Positions 10,448 to 20,518 of a stretch of DNA of 64,000 nucleotides are shown piece by piece. Below the pieces are notes generated by a model, which was given only the letters and a program-made list of their open reading frames with translations, had not been told where the DNA came from and did not search any database. The translations under genes were made by a program, and so were the position numbers. Source of the stretch: Halarcobacter sp. (GTDB lineage Bacteria; Campylobacterota; Campylobacteria; Campylobacterales; Arcobacteraceae); the NCBI GenBank assembly GCA_048571215.1, contig CP182352.1, positions 3,136,001 through 3,200,000 of the forward strand, given 5' to 3'. Within the stretch, counting starts at the first letter, position 1; each line of letters starts with the position of its first letter.

Positions 10448-11110
10448 TTATCCAATGAACTTATACCCAATACCCCAAACTGATTTGATATATTTAGGCT
10501 CCTTACTATCATCTCCTATTTTATATCTTATATTTGAGATATGCATATCTATAGTTCTATTTTTAGTATTTTCATCTAAAGATGTTGCGTGGAGTATTTG
10601 CTCCCTTGATGAAACTTTATTTAGATTTTGACTTAAAAAAATAAATATCTCAAACTCAATTTTTGTAAAGTCAATACTATATCCATCAAGGCTTACACTT
10701 TTATTATCATAATCAATAATAAAATCACTCACTACTGTTTGGTTAGAGTTATGTTTTTTTAAAATATGTTCAAGTCTCAAAACCAATTCTCTAGGCTCAT
10801 AAGGCTTTGCCAAATAATCATCAGCTCCTAAATCAAAACCTGCGATTTTATTACCTATATCTCCCCTTGCTGAAGAGATAATAACAGGTATCTCTTTTAT
10901 GGTTTTTATTTTTTTAAGTACATCAAATCCATCCATAAAAGGTAACATCAAATCTAAGATTACTATGGAATAATCTATATCTTTCAAAGATTTAAGTGCC
11001 TCTTTTGGATTTGAAAAAGCTTTGCAATCTAGATTATAATCCCTTAGGTACTCTACAATCAAATCTTGCATTTGAATATCATCTTCTATTAGTAAAACCT
11101 TTTTATTCAA
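10448..11110 (-). CDS. OmpR-family response regulator
   Basis: LIEDD, LDLMLP, DYLAKPY, RTIDMHISNIRYKI, SVWGIGY. Confidence 0.93.
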   Translation of the reverse strand: MNKKVLLIEDDIQMQDLIVEYLRDYNLDCKAFSNPKEALKSLKDIDYSIVILDLMLPFMDGFDVLKKIKTIKEIPVIISSARGDIGNKIAGFDLGADDYLAKPYEPRELVLRLEHILKKHNSNQTVVSDFIIDYDNKSVSLDGYSIDFTKIEFEIFIFLSQNLNKVSSREQILHATSLDENTKNRTIDMHISNIRYKIGDDSKEPKYIKSVWGIGYKFIG

Positions 11111-11492
11111 CTTGCCACTCCTTTAGGTAGTGTGAAAACATCTCCCTTTGTTTTGGGTTTAATATTTTATGTAGTTTTTTAAGGGTGCGTGCTTCTAATT
11201 CAATGGCATCTTCAAAAATATCTTCTGAAATATCTTCATATTTTTCAGTATCAAATTTTTCTTGTTTTATTAGTTCTTCTAGTTTTTTCTCTTTCTTTTT
11301 TCTTTTTTTATAGTATTTATGATATCTTTTTTTATACTCAATTAAAACAGATCTTACCTTTTCATACTGTACTTTATTTAGGTTTAAAAAATCTAGGTTT
11401 TTGTATATATGAGTATCTTCATAATGCTTATCTGCATAACAAAGAGTAAAAATCAAACTACTTAAAACTACTAATACTTTTAATCTTATCAT
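11103..11492 (-). CDS. Spy/CpxP-like periplasmic protein
   Basis: Signal peptide; LTxxQ-like motifs (LNLNKVQ, ILNPKQR); sits before a two-component pair. Confidence 0.7.
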   Translation of the reverse strand: MIRLKVLVVLSSLIFTLCYADKHYEDTHIYKNLDFLNLNKVQYEKVRSVLIEYKKRYHKYYKKRKKKEKKLEELIKQEKFDTEKYEDISEDIFEDAIELEARTLKKLHKILNPKQREMFSHYLKEWQVE

Positions 11493-12574
11493 CCTCTATT
11501 AAACCTTTTTCAATATCTAAATGACATGCTTTACAGTTAGCCTTACTTCTTATATCTTTATGCTTAAATAAAGTTTTTGGTATCTGTTCATGTTCATGTT
11601 TCCAGAAGCTAGTTTGTGTCATGGCTATTATATCTTTATTTTTTATTGAGTTCAAAATTTTAAAACTAGCTTCCATTGTTGAATTCTGCGCACTATTAGC
11701 AATTAAAAATCTTAAAATATTTTTTCTATCTTTTTCATCCAAAGAGGCATCATCTCCAAAATGATTCTCTAAATCTGACATCAACTTTATCCAAGAGTGT
11801 TTAGGTAAAAGATTTGGAGGGATACAGAGTGTGGCACGATGCACACTCATCTACAAACAACTCATTTTGGCTTGTATAATCAATAGGCTTATACTTTGAA
11901 GCTACAAAAACATTTTTAGGTTCGGTGAGGTTGAAAACTAAAAATCCAATCAAAAGTAGAAAGAAAAATAAGGCAATTAATTTTTGAAAAAAAGTGAGTG
12001 AAATACTTACTTGATCGCTAGTTTTTTTATACCCAGTAACAATAGAGTTTAGTGTCTCATGTTTACTATGAAGTAGTTTATCTGTTAATACTCCTCCAAT
12101 ATGTGCAACAATAAGTACAATAACTAAATTAGCTAAAATTTCATGTAACTCTTCAAAAAGTTCCATTTTCTTAAAAAAGGAATCATTTAAAAATGAAAAA
12201 ATACCTTTCCCTTCTTGTATTCCAAATGTTAATGCTCCTGTTATAATAACAAAGAAAATGACAACAAACATTCCAATCATTACATATGAAGCAGGAGGAT
12301 TATGTCCAATATATTTTTGTTTTGGATTGAAAATATCGAACATAAAATCTTTTACTCTTGCAATACCTAAAGGGAAGTCTTTAAATTTTGAGTATTTAGG
12401 GCCTAAAAAACCCCAAAAAAAACGAAAAGCTAAAAGTATTAGAATAAGATAACCTACAACAGCATGGTATTGTAATAAGTTATCCTCATCGGTTAAAAAT
12501 GCAACTAAAATCAAAAGTGCAAATAACCAGTGAAATACTCGTGTAGGTAAACTCCAAATATAAGATTTATGCAT
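11458..12574 (-). pseudogene. Cytochrome b / diheme cytochrome c fusion, split by a +1 frameshift
   Basis: ORF 11801-12574 gives cytochrome b (TRVFHW, GHNP) plus CASCH; ORF 11458-11850 continues with PPNLLPKHSW...HFGDDASL...CKACH. Removing one G from GGG at 11819-11821 restores a 371-aa frame. Confidence 0.85.
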
Positions 12575-12583
12575 TATATTTCC

Positions 12584-13117
12584 TTAATCATCCCATCGAC
12601 CATAGTTAGGTATACGAATATCTCTTTCACTATAAATCCCTCGATTGGCTGTTGTATGACATGCCATACAGTTGAAAAGTCCTTTAACCTCTTTTTGTTT
12701 GATTAAACTAGGACGTATCTCATTGTGTTTATCAATCATATATGGTGTTAGTGAAATTGAGTCAGGAATTGGTCTACCTCTTAAACTATTCACAATACGA
12801 CTACTTCTTTTATACTGCATATTTTTTTCAGCACTATTTTCTGCTAAATAGTTTAATATAGTATTAAAATCTTCATCAAATAATGAGGCATCGGTATTAA
12901 AATGGTTTTCTAGATTGTTCATCATTTTTCTCCAAGCATTCTCTGGTAGAAGTCCTGGTTGGTAAGCAAAGTGACACGAACCACACTCTTTGAGATAGAG
13001 TGTATTATTTACTGGTGCTACTCCTTTTTTGCTTGAGTTACCATAGTTGATATATCTGTTGTCATCATCTGCAAAAGAAGCAGTCAATAAAAGTGCAATT
13101 AACAATAATAGTTTCAT
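12584..13117 (-). CDS. Diheme cytochrome c (DHC family)
   Basis: Signal peptide, ECGSCHFAYQPGLLP...LENHF..DASL, second CMACH. Confidence 0.9.
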   Translation of the reverse strand: MKLLLLIALLLTASFADDDNRYINYGNSSKKGVAPVNNTLYLKECGSCHFAYQPGLLPENAWRKMMNNLENHFNTDASLFDEDFNTILNYLAENSAEKNMQYKRSSRIVNSLRGRPIPDSISLTPYMIDKHNEIRPSLIKQKEVKGLFNCMACHTTANRGIYSERDIRIPNYGRWDD

Positions 13118-13524
13118 TATTTATCCTTTGATAAGATGTAGCTTATTACATCCCCTTTTTCTTGGGCAGTTCCTTCTCTTTTATAAACATCATTGAAGTT
13201 TCTTCTTAACCATTTTTTGATGGTTTTAACTTCGCTTAATCGCTCAGGATTTGCTTTTGGTGATAAAGGTTTGATGATTTTCCCTGTAAAAAAGTTTTGA
13301 TGTGATTTTGTGAAGTCTGTACCATGACAAGAGGTACAAGATATCTCTTTACCTTTTTTACCCATATGTTTTGATGTAAAGATAACTTCTCCCCTTTTTG
13401 CATCAAAACCAACAAAACTCGAGTCATTTTTTTTAGCTTCAACTTTTAGATTATCCAAATAGTTTTCTACAACAGAAGCAAATGTGATATTTAAAAGTGC
13501 TAAAAATGTTAGTAGTAGTTTCAT
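13117..13524 (-). CDS. Sphaeroides heme protein (SHP/DUF1924)-like cytochrome c
   Basis: Signal peptide, CTSCH, PLSPKANPERL, KWLRRN...TAQEKGDV. Confidence 0.88.
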   Translation of the reverse strand: MKLLLTFLALLNITFASVVENYLDNLKVEAKKNDSSFVGFDAKRGEVIFTSKHMGKKGKEISCTSCHGTDFTKSHQNFFTGKIIKPLSPKANPERLSEVKTIKKWLRRNFNDVYKREGTAQEKGDVISYILSKDK

Positions 13525-13585
13525 AATTCTCCTTTATATTTTCATAAGTATAAAGGAATAGTTTCAATTTTGTTTGTAAAACAAA

Positions 13586-13606
13586 TTGACAATTTCTTGA
13601 CAATTT
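13586..13606 (-). promoter_or_regulatory. Direct-repeat operator candidate upstream of the SHP operon
   Basis: TTGACAATTT at 13586 and 13597 (11-bp period). Confidence 0.5.
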
Positions 13607-14966
13607 AGAAGATAAATTTTATAGTTGCCCCCTGGTTTTCATCACTAGTGATTTCAATTTTTCCCTTATGCATATCAACTATTTTTTTACTAATGGATAA
13701 ACCAAGTCCTGTACCACCTGATTCTTTGCTTCTACTTTTATCAGTTCTATAAAACTTTTCAAATATTTTTGATTGCTCTTGTTTTGAAATACCTATTCCA
13801 AAATCTTGTACACTTATTATTTTGTACTCTTTTTCTAGATAGTTTTTTATTATGATTTTTGAATCTTTATGACTAAAAGAGATTGCATTTTTGATTATGT
13901 TTTTTATTGCTATTTTAAGAAGTTTTGAGTAACCATGTAACTCTATAGCTTCATCTATACCCACTTGGATAGTTACATCTTTAGTTTTAGCAAAATTGTT
14001 TAACTCTTTTACTGACTCTAAAGTTATCTCATCAAGATAGATTAACTCTTCACTTAGTTTTTGTTGATTATCCATTTTTGATAAAAATAGTAAATCATCT
14101 ACAGTTTGTTGTATAACTAGGATCTCATCAAGGCAGCTAGTTAAACTCTCTTTATACTCTTGGGCTGTTCTATCTTTTCTAAGGGCAATCTCTATTTCAC
14201 CTCTAATAATTGTTAGGGGTGTTTTTAGTTCGTGGGAAGCATCACTTGTAAATTGTGAAACTTTTTCAAAGGATATTTCAAGTCTTTCAAGAAGGTTATT
14301 TATCTCTTTGCATAAAAATGCTATTTCATCTTTTGAACTATTTTGGGTAACTCTTTTTGATAACTCTTTGGCATTTATATTTTTAAGTTCATATAAAATC
14401 TTTTCAACTGGTAAAAAAGATTTATAGATAAGAAAGTGTCCTCCGATTGTTGAAAAGATTAGGATAATTGGAACTATAAAAAATAAAATATAAAGTAGGT
14501 TTTCTAGGGCTATATTTAGTCTTTGTTTATTTGTAGCCAATTCTAATACATAAGCTGAGCCATCCATATTAAACTTTAATCTACTTATTATATGGTTCTC
14601 TTGCAAATCAAAAACAATGGTATCAAGTTTTAAAGCTTTTAGTGTAGAGAATCTATCTTTTATATCTTTTGGAAAGTTTTGAGAAGCGATAACTCTTATA
14701 TTTTTTTCTACACTTAGCAATCTTATAAATAAAGGTTCAAATTTATACTCTTTTTCCTCATCAAACATATTATCTTTCAAAGCTTGTTTATGGTCTAAAA
14801 TATCATCAGCAACATCCAATATAATAACTTTTAGTGTACTTTGAAGTTTATCTAAGGTGGATATCTCTAAAGCTTTATATAAAGAAAAGCTAAATGCAAA
14901 AAGAACTAAACATTGGATTATAAAGTTATATAATAAAAGTTTCTTTTTTATTGAAAATCTAGTCAT
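13605..14966 (-). CDS. Sensor histidine kinase (CusS/CzcS-like architecture)
   Basis: Two TM, HAMP, FTSDASHELKTP, NIIKNAISFS, DFGIGI, FYRTDKSRS, GGTGLGL. Confidence 0.92.
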   Translation of the reverse strand: MTRFSIKKKLLLYNFIIQCLVLFAFSFSLYKALEISTLDKLQSTLKVIILDVADDILDHKQALKDNMFDEEKEYKFEPLFIRLLSVEKNIRVIASQNFPKDIKDRFSTLKALKLDTIVFDLQENHIISRLKFNMDGSAYVLELATNKQRLNIALENLLYILFFIVPIILIFSTIGGHFLIYKSFLPVEKILYELKNINAKELSKRVTQNSSKDEIAFLCKEINNLLERLEISFEKVSQFTSDASHELKTPLTIIRGEIEIALRKDRTAQEYKESLTSCLDEILVIQQTVDDLLFLSKMDNQQKLSEELIYLDEITLESVKELNNFAKTKDVTIQVGIDEAIELHGYSKLLKIAIKNIIKNAISFSHKDSKIIIKNYLEKEYKIISVQDFGIGISKQEQSKIFEKFYRTDKSRSKESGGTGLGLSISKKIVDMHKGKIEITSDENQGATIKFIF

Positions 14967-15627
14967 CGCTTATTTTAAATCCCATCCCTCTTACTGTTTT
15001 TATAAGTTTTTTTTCATAGGGTTTATCAATTTTATTTCTTAATCTATAGATATAAACATTTACCACATTACTTATATTATCATCTTCAAAATTATTTAAA
15101 GAGGAGCTTATCATCGTCTCTGATAATACTTTATTTTGGTTTTTGATTAAAAACTCCAAAAGATTAAACTCTTTGGCTGTTAAATCTATAGTACTTCCTG
15201 CTCTTTTTGCACTTTTACTTAATAAATCTAACTCTAAATCTGCTATTTTTAAAGTGGTTTCCACCTGGTTTGTAGAGCGTAGTTGTACTCTGATTCTAGC
15301 AAGTAATTCTGCAAATGAAAAGGGTTTTGCTAGGTAATCATTTGCCCCAACATCTAAACCTTTTATAGTATCATCAATACTATCTTTTGCGGTTAACATT
15401 ATTATAGGAGTGCTTACTTTTGAAGCTCTTAAACTTTTGCATACCTCTATGCCATCTTTTATTGGTAGCATAATATCAAGTAAAATTAAATCATAGGTGT
15501 GTACACTAGCTAAATAAAGACCCTCATCTCCATTTAAAGAGTAATCAACACTATAAGCCTCTTCTTCAAGACCTTTTTTTAAAAAATTTATGATTTTCTC
15601 ATCATCTTCTATAATTAATATCTTCAT
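14959..15627 (-). CDS. OmpR-family response regulator (CusR/CzcR-like)
   Basis: IIEDD, LDIMLP, DYLAKPFSFAELLARI, NVVNVYIYRLRNKID, TVRGMGF. Confidence 0.93.
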   Translation of the reverse strand: MKILIIEDDEKIINFLKKGLEEEAYSVDYSLNGDEGLYLASVHTYDLILLDIMLPIKDGIEVCKSLRASKVSTPIIMLTAKDSIDDTIKGLDVGANDYLAKPFSFAELLARIRVQLRSTNQVETTLKIADLELDLLSKSAKRAGSTIDLTAKEFNLLEFLIKNQNKVLSETMISSSLNNFEDDNISNVVNVYIYRLRNKIDKPYEKKLIKTVRGMGFKISDD

Positions 15628-15641
15628 TTTATACCTTAAAT

Positions 15642-16376
15642 TTATTCTACACTTTTTGATATTAATTTTAGTAAAGTTATTTCAGCATTTGCTTTATATC
15701 TAAAATCTATACCCCAAGTTCCTAAACCTTTATTTATATAAATTGCTGTTTTATTTACATAGTGGATTCCAGCTAAAAATGGTTGAAAAAGTTTCACAAA
15801 ATAGTGGAAAGGAAAAATTTGTCCACCATGGGTATGTCCACATAAAAAAAGTTCGCAAGAGTCTAAAGCAAGTTTATAATCTTTTGGTTGATGAGCAATA
15901 AAAATAGTAGCATCTGAACTATTTAGATACTCTAAAACTTTTTTTTCATCTCTTTTTATATTGAAAAATTTGGAAAACCTATCTGAAATACCCACTAAAT
16001 TGATTTGTTTATTATTAAACTTTATAAGGTTTTGTTTATTATCTAATAAGATAAAATCAGGCAAGCTTTTTTCTAAATCTTTTAACCCATATACTAAGTC
16101 ATGGTTACCACTAATATAAAAAACTTTTTTATTTTTTGCTAATTTATTTAATAGATATAATTTATCTTTAATAAGATTGGTTTTACAATCAATTATATCT
16201 CCTGTTATAACAATAAAATCATATTTAAAACCCTTACAATAATCAACAAGAATTTTAATAGATAAAATATCAGTTTTTTTATTTATATGTAAATCACTTA
16301 GGTGCAAGATTTTTAAACCTTGCAAATCTTCGTGATTTACATAAACTTTTATTTTAGATAATTTTGGTATTTTCAT
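15642..16376 (-). CDS. Metallophosphoesterase (YkuE/YaeI-like)
   Basis: SDLH, TGDIID, GNHD, HQP, CGHTHGGQ motifs. Confidence 0.9.
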   Translation of the reverse strand: MKIPKLSKIKVYVNHEDLQGLKILHLSDLHINKKTDILSIKILVDYCKGFKYDFIVITGDIIDCKTNLIKDKLYLLNKLAKNKKVFYISGNHDLVYGLKDLEKSLPDFILLDNKQNLIKFNNKQINLVGISDRFSKFFNIKRDEKKVLEYLNSSDATIFIAHQPKDYKLALDSCELFLCGHTHGGQIFPFHYFVKLFQPFLAGIHYVNKTAIYINKGLGTWGIDFRYKANAEITLLKLISKSVE

Positions 16377-16856
16377 CTAAAAAAGCTTCTCTAAATCCTC
16401 TTTATTTTTTATAAAATTAATACTTTTTATAATCCCATCTTTTAAGGTATAAACAGTAGATACTTCATCTTTTTTTAAAAATCTTTTATCATTTTCATCA
16501 TAAATTAGAAGTATAGTATGTTTATAATCTCGCATTTTAGGTAAAGCGAATAATTTTGTAATAATAGAGGGCATTCCTGAGATATTAGCAATAAAAACAG
16601 CATTGTGTTTTTGTAAAAAATCTGCTTGTTTTGATTCTAGAAACTCATTTACCATTTTACCTGTATCTTTTTCAAAAGAGACAATAATCATTTGTACATT
16701 ATCAGGAATAGTATGCATTTTATTAAACTGATCAGGTAAACTAAAATGTTCTATCTTTTCATTTAGATTAAAACCTTGTGAATACAAGGTGGTAAAAAAA
16801 AGTAAAAAAGAGAAGATCACTTTTCTACTTAAAAACCTAAGTTTAGTTTGTTTCAT
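16377..16856 (-). CDS. Exported hypothetical protein (possible thioredoxin-like fold)
   Basis: Signal-like N-terminus, FSLPDQFNKMH, FIANISGMP..ITKLFALPKMRDY; no CxxC. Confidence 0.55.
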   Translation of the reverse strand: MKQTKLRFLSRKVIFSFLLFFTTLYSQGFNLNEKIEHFSLPDQFNKMHTIPDNVQMIIVSFEKDTGKMVNEFLESKQADFLQKHNAVFIANISGMPSIITKLFALPKMRDYKHTILLIYDENDKRFLKKDEVSTVYTLKDGIIKSINFIKNKEDLEKLF

Positions 16857-16860
16857 AATC

Positions 16861-17385
16861 TTAACCTTTGTTATAAATTAATGAGTATTTAATATCAATT
16901 AGGTCTCTAACTGTTAAAAAGAACATTGTTGGTGGTTCCATATTAAAATCTGTTAGCAAAATAGAAAAGTTACCTGAGAATGATATGGTATTGTTAGTAT
17001 CATATATGCTTGCTAAGGTATCAATCTTTTTACTCACTCCATTTAAAGTTAATAAACCACTAAGTTTATATCCATCTTTTTGTTTTACGATAGAGGTTAA
17101 CTTAAATGTGATTGTTGGATTAAGTTCACTATTTAAAACCTTATACATGTGTTCATCTCTATCTTTATTATCACTTACAAATGATAAAGCTTTTATAGAG
17201 ATATTTCCTTTGATACTCTCTAAAGTATCTTCCATAGTCAAATCTGACTCTATATTTGTAGATGCAGGATTGATTGTGCTATCTCCAAAAACTTCTGTGT
17301 GTGCTTGGATTTTACCATCTTGTAAAACCAGACTATTTGCTAAAGCAAAACTTCCTAAAAGTAGTAAAAAAACTAAATTACGCAT
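16861..17385 (-). CDS. YceI-family lipid/polyisoprenoid-binding protein
   Basis: Signal peptide, SDNKDRDEHM, GLLTLNGVSK, TDFNMEPP. Confidence 0.85.
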   Translation of the reverse strand: MRNLVFLLLLGSFALANSLVLQDGKIQAHTEVFGDSTINPASTNIESDLTMEDTLESIKGNISIKALSFVSDNKDRDEHMYKVLNSELNPTITFKLTSIVKQKDGYKLSGLLTLNGVSKKIDTLASIYDTNNTISFSGNFSILLTDFNMEPPTMFFLTVRDLIDIKYSLIYNKG

Positions 17386-18361
17386 AGTGTAACTCCTTAT
17401 TAAATTGTTGTTGTGTATTAATCACCTTAAACAGGCAAATTAAAAATATACCAGGTACGAAAAGAGTTAGACTCTCTAAGGCTGTAAAAAGACCAGCTCC
17501 AGAGGCTAACCAACCGATAAATATCATATAAATTGAAATTGTTTTTAAATCCTTTTTTATTAGAGTTTGTAGAATCACTACATTGTAATAGGAGATTACA
17601 AATGGATAAACTAGAGATAAAATAAAAGCCTCTTGTAAAAAGTAGAAAAGATAACTAAGGGCAAATAGCATTATGATAAAAAGCTCTTTTTGGTTTTTTT
17701 GCATTTGCCATCTTAAAGCGGAAAATACACCTATTATATGAAATAGGGCAATATTAAAACTATAACCATCTCTCCAAATAGAAAGGTTTGTATCCCTTGA
17801 TAGGGTTTCAAAAAGTGCAGAGTCTAAAAATATCCATAAGACCATACTAAAAAGACCATATTCAAAAAGATTGTTTTTTAGAATAACTTTTTTGTTTGGA
17901 AGGAAAAATAGAGTTATTAGGGTTATTGTAGTTAAAATCAAAGCTAAATATAGCCTTCCTGAGGGGTCTGTATTAAATAAAGTAGTTCCAACTGTATATG
18001 AGATAGCTAAAGCAAAACCCATATGAATAGCACTAGCTTTTTTTAGTTCATTTATAAGAAGTGGGGCTAAACCACCAACACTAAGTCCTAAAATAAAGAG
18101 CATTAAACTATTGAAGTTAGGATAAAAAAGACTCATTAAAAATTGAAAAACTAAAAATATAAAAATCTTATTTCTACTTTTGATTTTTAAAAAGTAAGTT
18201 AAAAGTGAACCAATAACACCACCTATTGGTAGGGGTGCAATCACATAAATATTTGATGAAAAGTGTTCTATAATTCCAGTTTGTGCAATTAGTAAGTAAT
18301 AACACAACTCTGAAGCTATAAACAGGATTAATGCAAGATTGTTTATTTTACTGTTTTGCAT
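17378..18361 (-). CDS. Multi-pass membrane protein (MFS-like, divergent)
   Basis: About 11-12 hydrophobic segments in 327 aa; overlaps both neighbours. Confidence 0.6.
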   Translation of the reverse strand: MQNSKINNLALILFIASELCYYLLIAQTGIIEHFSSNIYVIAPLPIGGVIGSLLTYFLKIKSRNKIFIFLVFQFLMSLFYPNFNSLMLFILGLSVGGLAPLLINELKKASAIHMGFALAISYTVGTTLFNTDPSGRLYLALILTTITLITLFFLPNKKVILKNNLFEYGLFSMVLWIFLDSALFETLSRDTNLSIWRDGYSFNIALFHIIGVFSALRWQMQKNQKELFIIMLFALSYLFYFLQEAFILSLVYPFVISYYNVVILQTLIKKDLKTISIYMIFIGWLASGAGLFTALESLTLFVPGIFLICLFKVINTQQQFNKELHYA

Positions 18362-19911
18362 GGTAACTCCTTTTGATAGATAAATAGTAAAAAAAATAGC
18401 ACAAATGACATATCTGACATAGCTATTAGTAAGGCTACAATCCCTAAACTTTTAGAGAAAAACAAAGCCAAAAAAACAGAGCTTATAAAAACTCTTGTTA
18501 TAACGGTAATTGTGGTTATGATTTGTCTATGCTCTTTATATAAAAGAGCCAAAAAGTGGAAAACTCCAGTTAGACAAACAAAAGAAAATACCACATATTC
18601 ATATTTCCCTTCAAATGAAAATCCTAATAAGGGGTATAAAAAACTTGCAAAGAAGAGTAAAAAAACTCCCCCAAAACCATCAGTTAATACTCCAAAAATA
18701 TTATACTTTTCAATTAAACTAAACTCTTTTTTTATTTTTATAAAATATATTAAACTTGAAAGAGCTACAAAACCAAATATAGTTCTAAGAACCCACGTAG
18801 TTGATGTTTGGATATTAGTAAGTCCAGCTTGGGTTAAACCAGAGATTGAAAGAACAGTAAATATACCTAATAAACCAATTAAATAAAGTTTTGAAAATCT
18901 AAAATTATTTAAGGGTTTAATATATTTTGCAAACATGGCAATAACCATAAAAAATACTCCAATACCCATAGCAACATGAGCATGAGCTACTATTAAATCA
19001 TTTCTATGAAAAAGCCATCTAAGAGTAGGGATAAATAATATATTTCCCTCAACATCCACAAATAAAAAAGCAGCAATAGAGATAAGAAGATATTTTTTTG
19101 AAAATCTATCTATATTTGCATCTTTATACCATCTGTATAAAATAGGGATATATAAAAATGTAAGCCATTGTAAAAACCACTCTTGGTTGTAACTTAAAGG
19201 ACCTATTGCAATTCTATGAAATACAGAAGCAAAATAGAAAAAAGTAGGAATAATCCAAAGGATATTCCATCTTGCAACAAAAGATTCTTTTGCTAGTAGT
19301 TTTATAATTAGATAATATATAGGAATCAAAGCTAAACTCATCCCTAAGGTATTATCTCCGTGGGGACCACTTATTGTGCTTTCAACTTGTCCTATTATTG
19401 GATTCATCAAAATTAAAAGTGCAATTGGTGCAATAATAACTATCTTTAGACACACCTTTACCCACATTGGATACACTTTATACTCTTTTATAAAATGATA
19501 AATTGCAAGTATATAAAATACCCCAGCAAAGGCTAAGATAAAGTTTAGTTCATAGGGAAAATCATAAAAGGCTAAACCTCTAGTGTTTCCAAATACCAAA
19601 GCACTAATCATAAAGATTAGAAAGATATACCAAAAAATAGTATATAGATTTAGATAGTGTAAACCTTTTTTATTATATCCCACCTCTTTATTTATCAATA
19701 AAAATGGCAAATAAGAAAGCATCAAAGGAACAAAGCCATAAAGCATTACAGAGATATGTAAGCTTCTTATATTTGATGGAAGTAGGGTTTGTGAATCTAC
19801 TGAAAACCCTAAAAGGTTGATTGAATATATTATTCCAAAAAATAATCCCAAGCCTAAAAATACTAAAGATATATAAAAATGTTTTTGTATAAAACTATTG
19901 AATTCTTCCAT
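18343..19911 (-). CDS. Atypical heme-copper oxidase subunit I-like membrane protein
   Basis: RSLH (helix II His), HRNDLIVAHAHVAMG (HxH heme ligands), more than 12 TM; no HH pair found. Confidence 0.65.
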   Translation of the reverse strand: MEEFNSFIQKHFYISLVFLGLGLFFGIIYSINLLGFSVDSQTLLPSNIRSLHISVMLYGFVPLMLSYLPFLLINKEVGYNKKGLHYLNLYTIFWYIFLIFMISALVFGNTRGLAFYDFPYELNFILAFAGVFYILAIYHFIKEYKVYPMWVKVCLKIVIIAPIALLILMNPIIGQVESTISGPHGDNTLGMSLALIPIYYLIIKLLAKESFVARWNILWIIPTFFYFASVFHRIAIGPLSYNQEWFLQWLTFLYIPILYRWYKDANIDRFSKKYLLISIAAFLFVDVEGNILFIPTLRWLFHRNDLIVAHAHVAMGIGVFFMVIAMFAKYIKPLNNFRFSKLYLIGLLGIFTVLSISGLTQAGLTNIQTSTTWVLRTIFGFVALSSLIYFIKIKKEFSLIEKYNIFGVLTDGFGGVFLLFFASFLYPLLGFSFEGKYEYVVFSFVCLTGVFHFLALLYKEHRQIITTITVITRVFISSVFLALFFSKSLGIVALLIAMSDMSFVLFFLLFIYQKELPCKTVK

Positions 19912-20518
19912 CTTTTACCTCATAAGTTTTGTTTGTTTTGTTTGCAAGGTTTAAATCATGCGTTGCAACAATAATTGTTGTTCCCTTTTGTGAAAAAGAT
20001 TCTAAAATCTCAAATACATTTAAAGAGTTTTTTGAGTCTAAATTTCCTGTTGGTTCATCAGCAAAGATAACTTTAGGGGTGTTTATTAAAGCTCTTGCTA
20101 TTGCTACTCTTTGTCTCTGACCTCCTGATATCTCATTTGGATATTTATCCATGAGGTTTTCAACCTTTAAAGATTCAAGAAGATCAAATATATCTTTATC
20201 CTTTGCCTTCTCATTTGCAATTTGAATATTTTCTTTTATTGTTAGATAGTTTATTAGATAATGAAACTGAAAAATAAAACCAATATTTTCTTGTCTAAAT
20301 TTATCTATATTTTTTATATCTTTATAGTTTAAACCATCAAAATAAATATCCCCATTACTTGGAGTTAAAAGGGTAGACAATATAGATAGTAAAGTTGATT
20401 TTCCACTACCACTTTCCCCAATTATAGATACAAATTCACCTTTTTTTATCTCTAAATTGATATTCTCTAAGGCTAAATCTTTTTCATATTTATGTGAGAT
20501 ATTTGTTACTTTTATCAT
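19895..20518 (-). CDS. ABC transporter ATP-binding protein (LolD/MacB-like)
   Basis: GESGSGKST, ISGGQRQRV, FADEPTGNLD, ATHD. Confidence 0.93.
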   Translation of the reverse strand: MIKVTNISHKYEKDLALENINLEIKKGEFVSIIGESGSGKSTLLSILSTLLTPSNGDIYFDGLNYKDIKNIDKFRQENIGFIFQFHYLINYLTIKENIQIANEKAKDKDIFDLLESLKVENLMDKYPNEISGGQRQRVAIARALINTPKVIFADEPTGNLDSKNSLNVFEILESFSQKGTTIIVATHDLNLANKTNKTYEVKDGRIQ

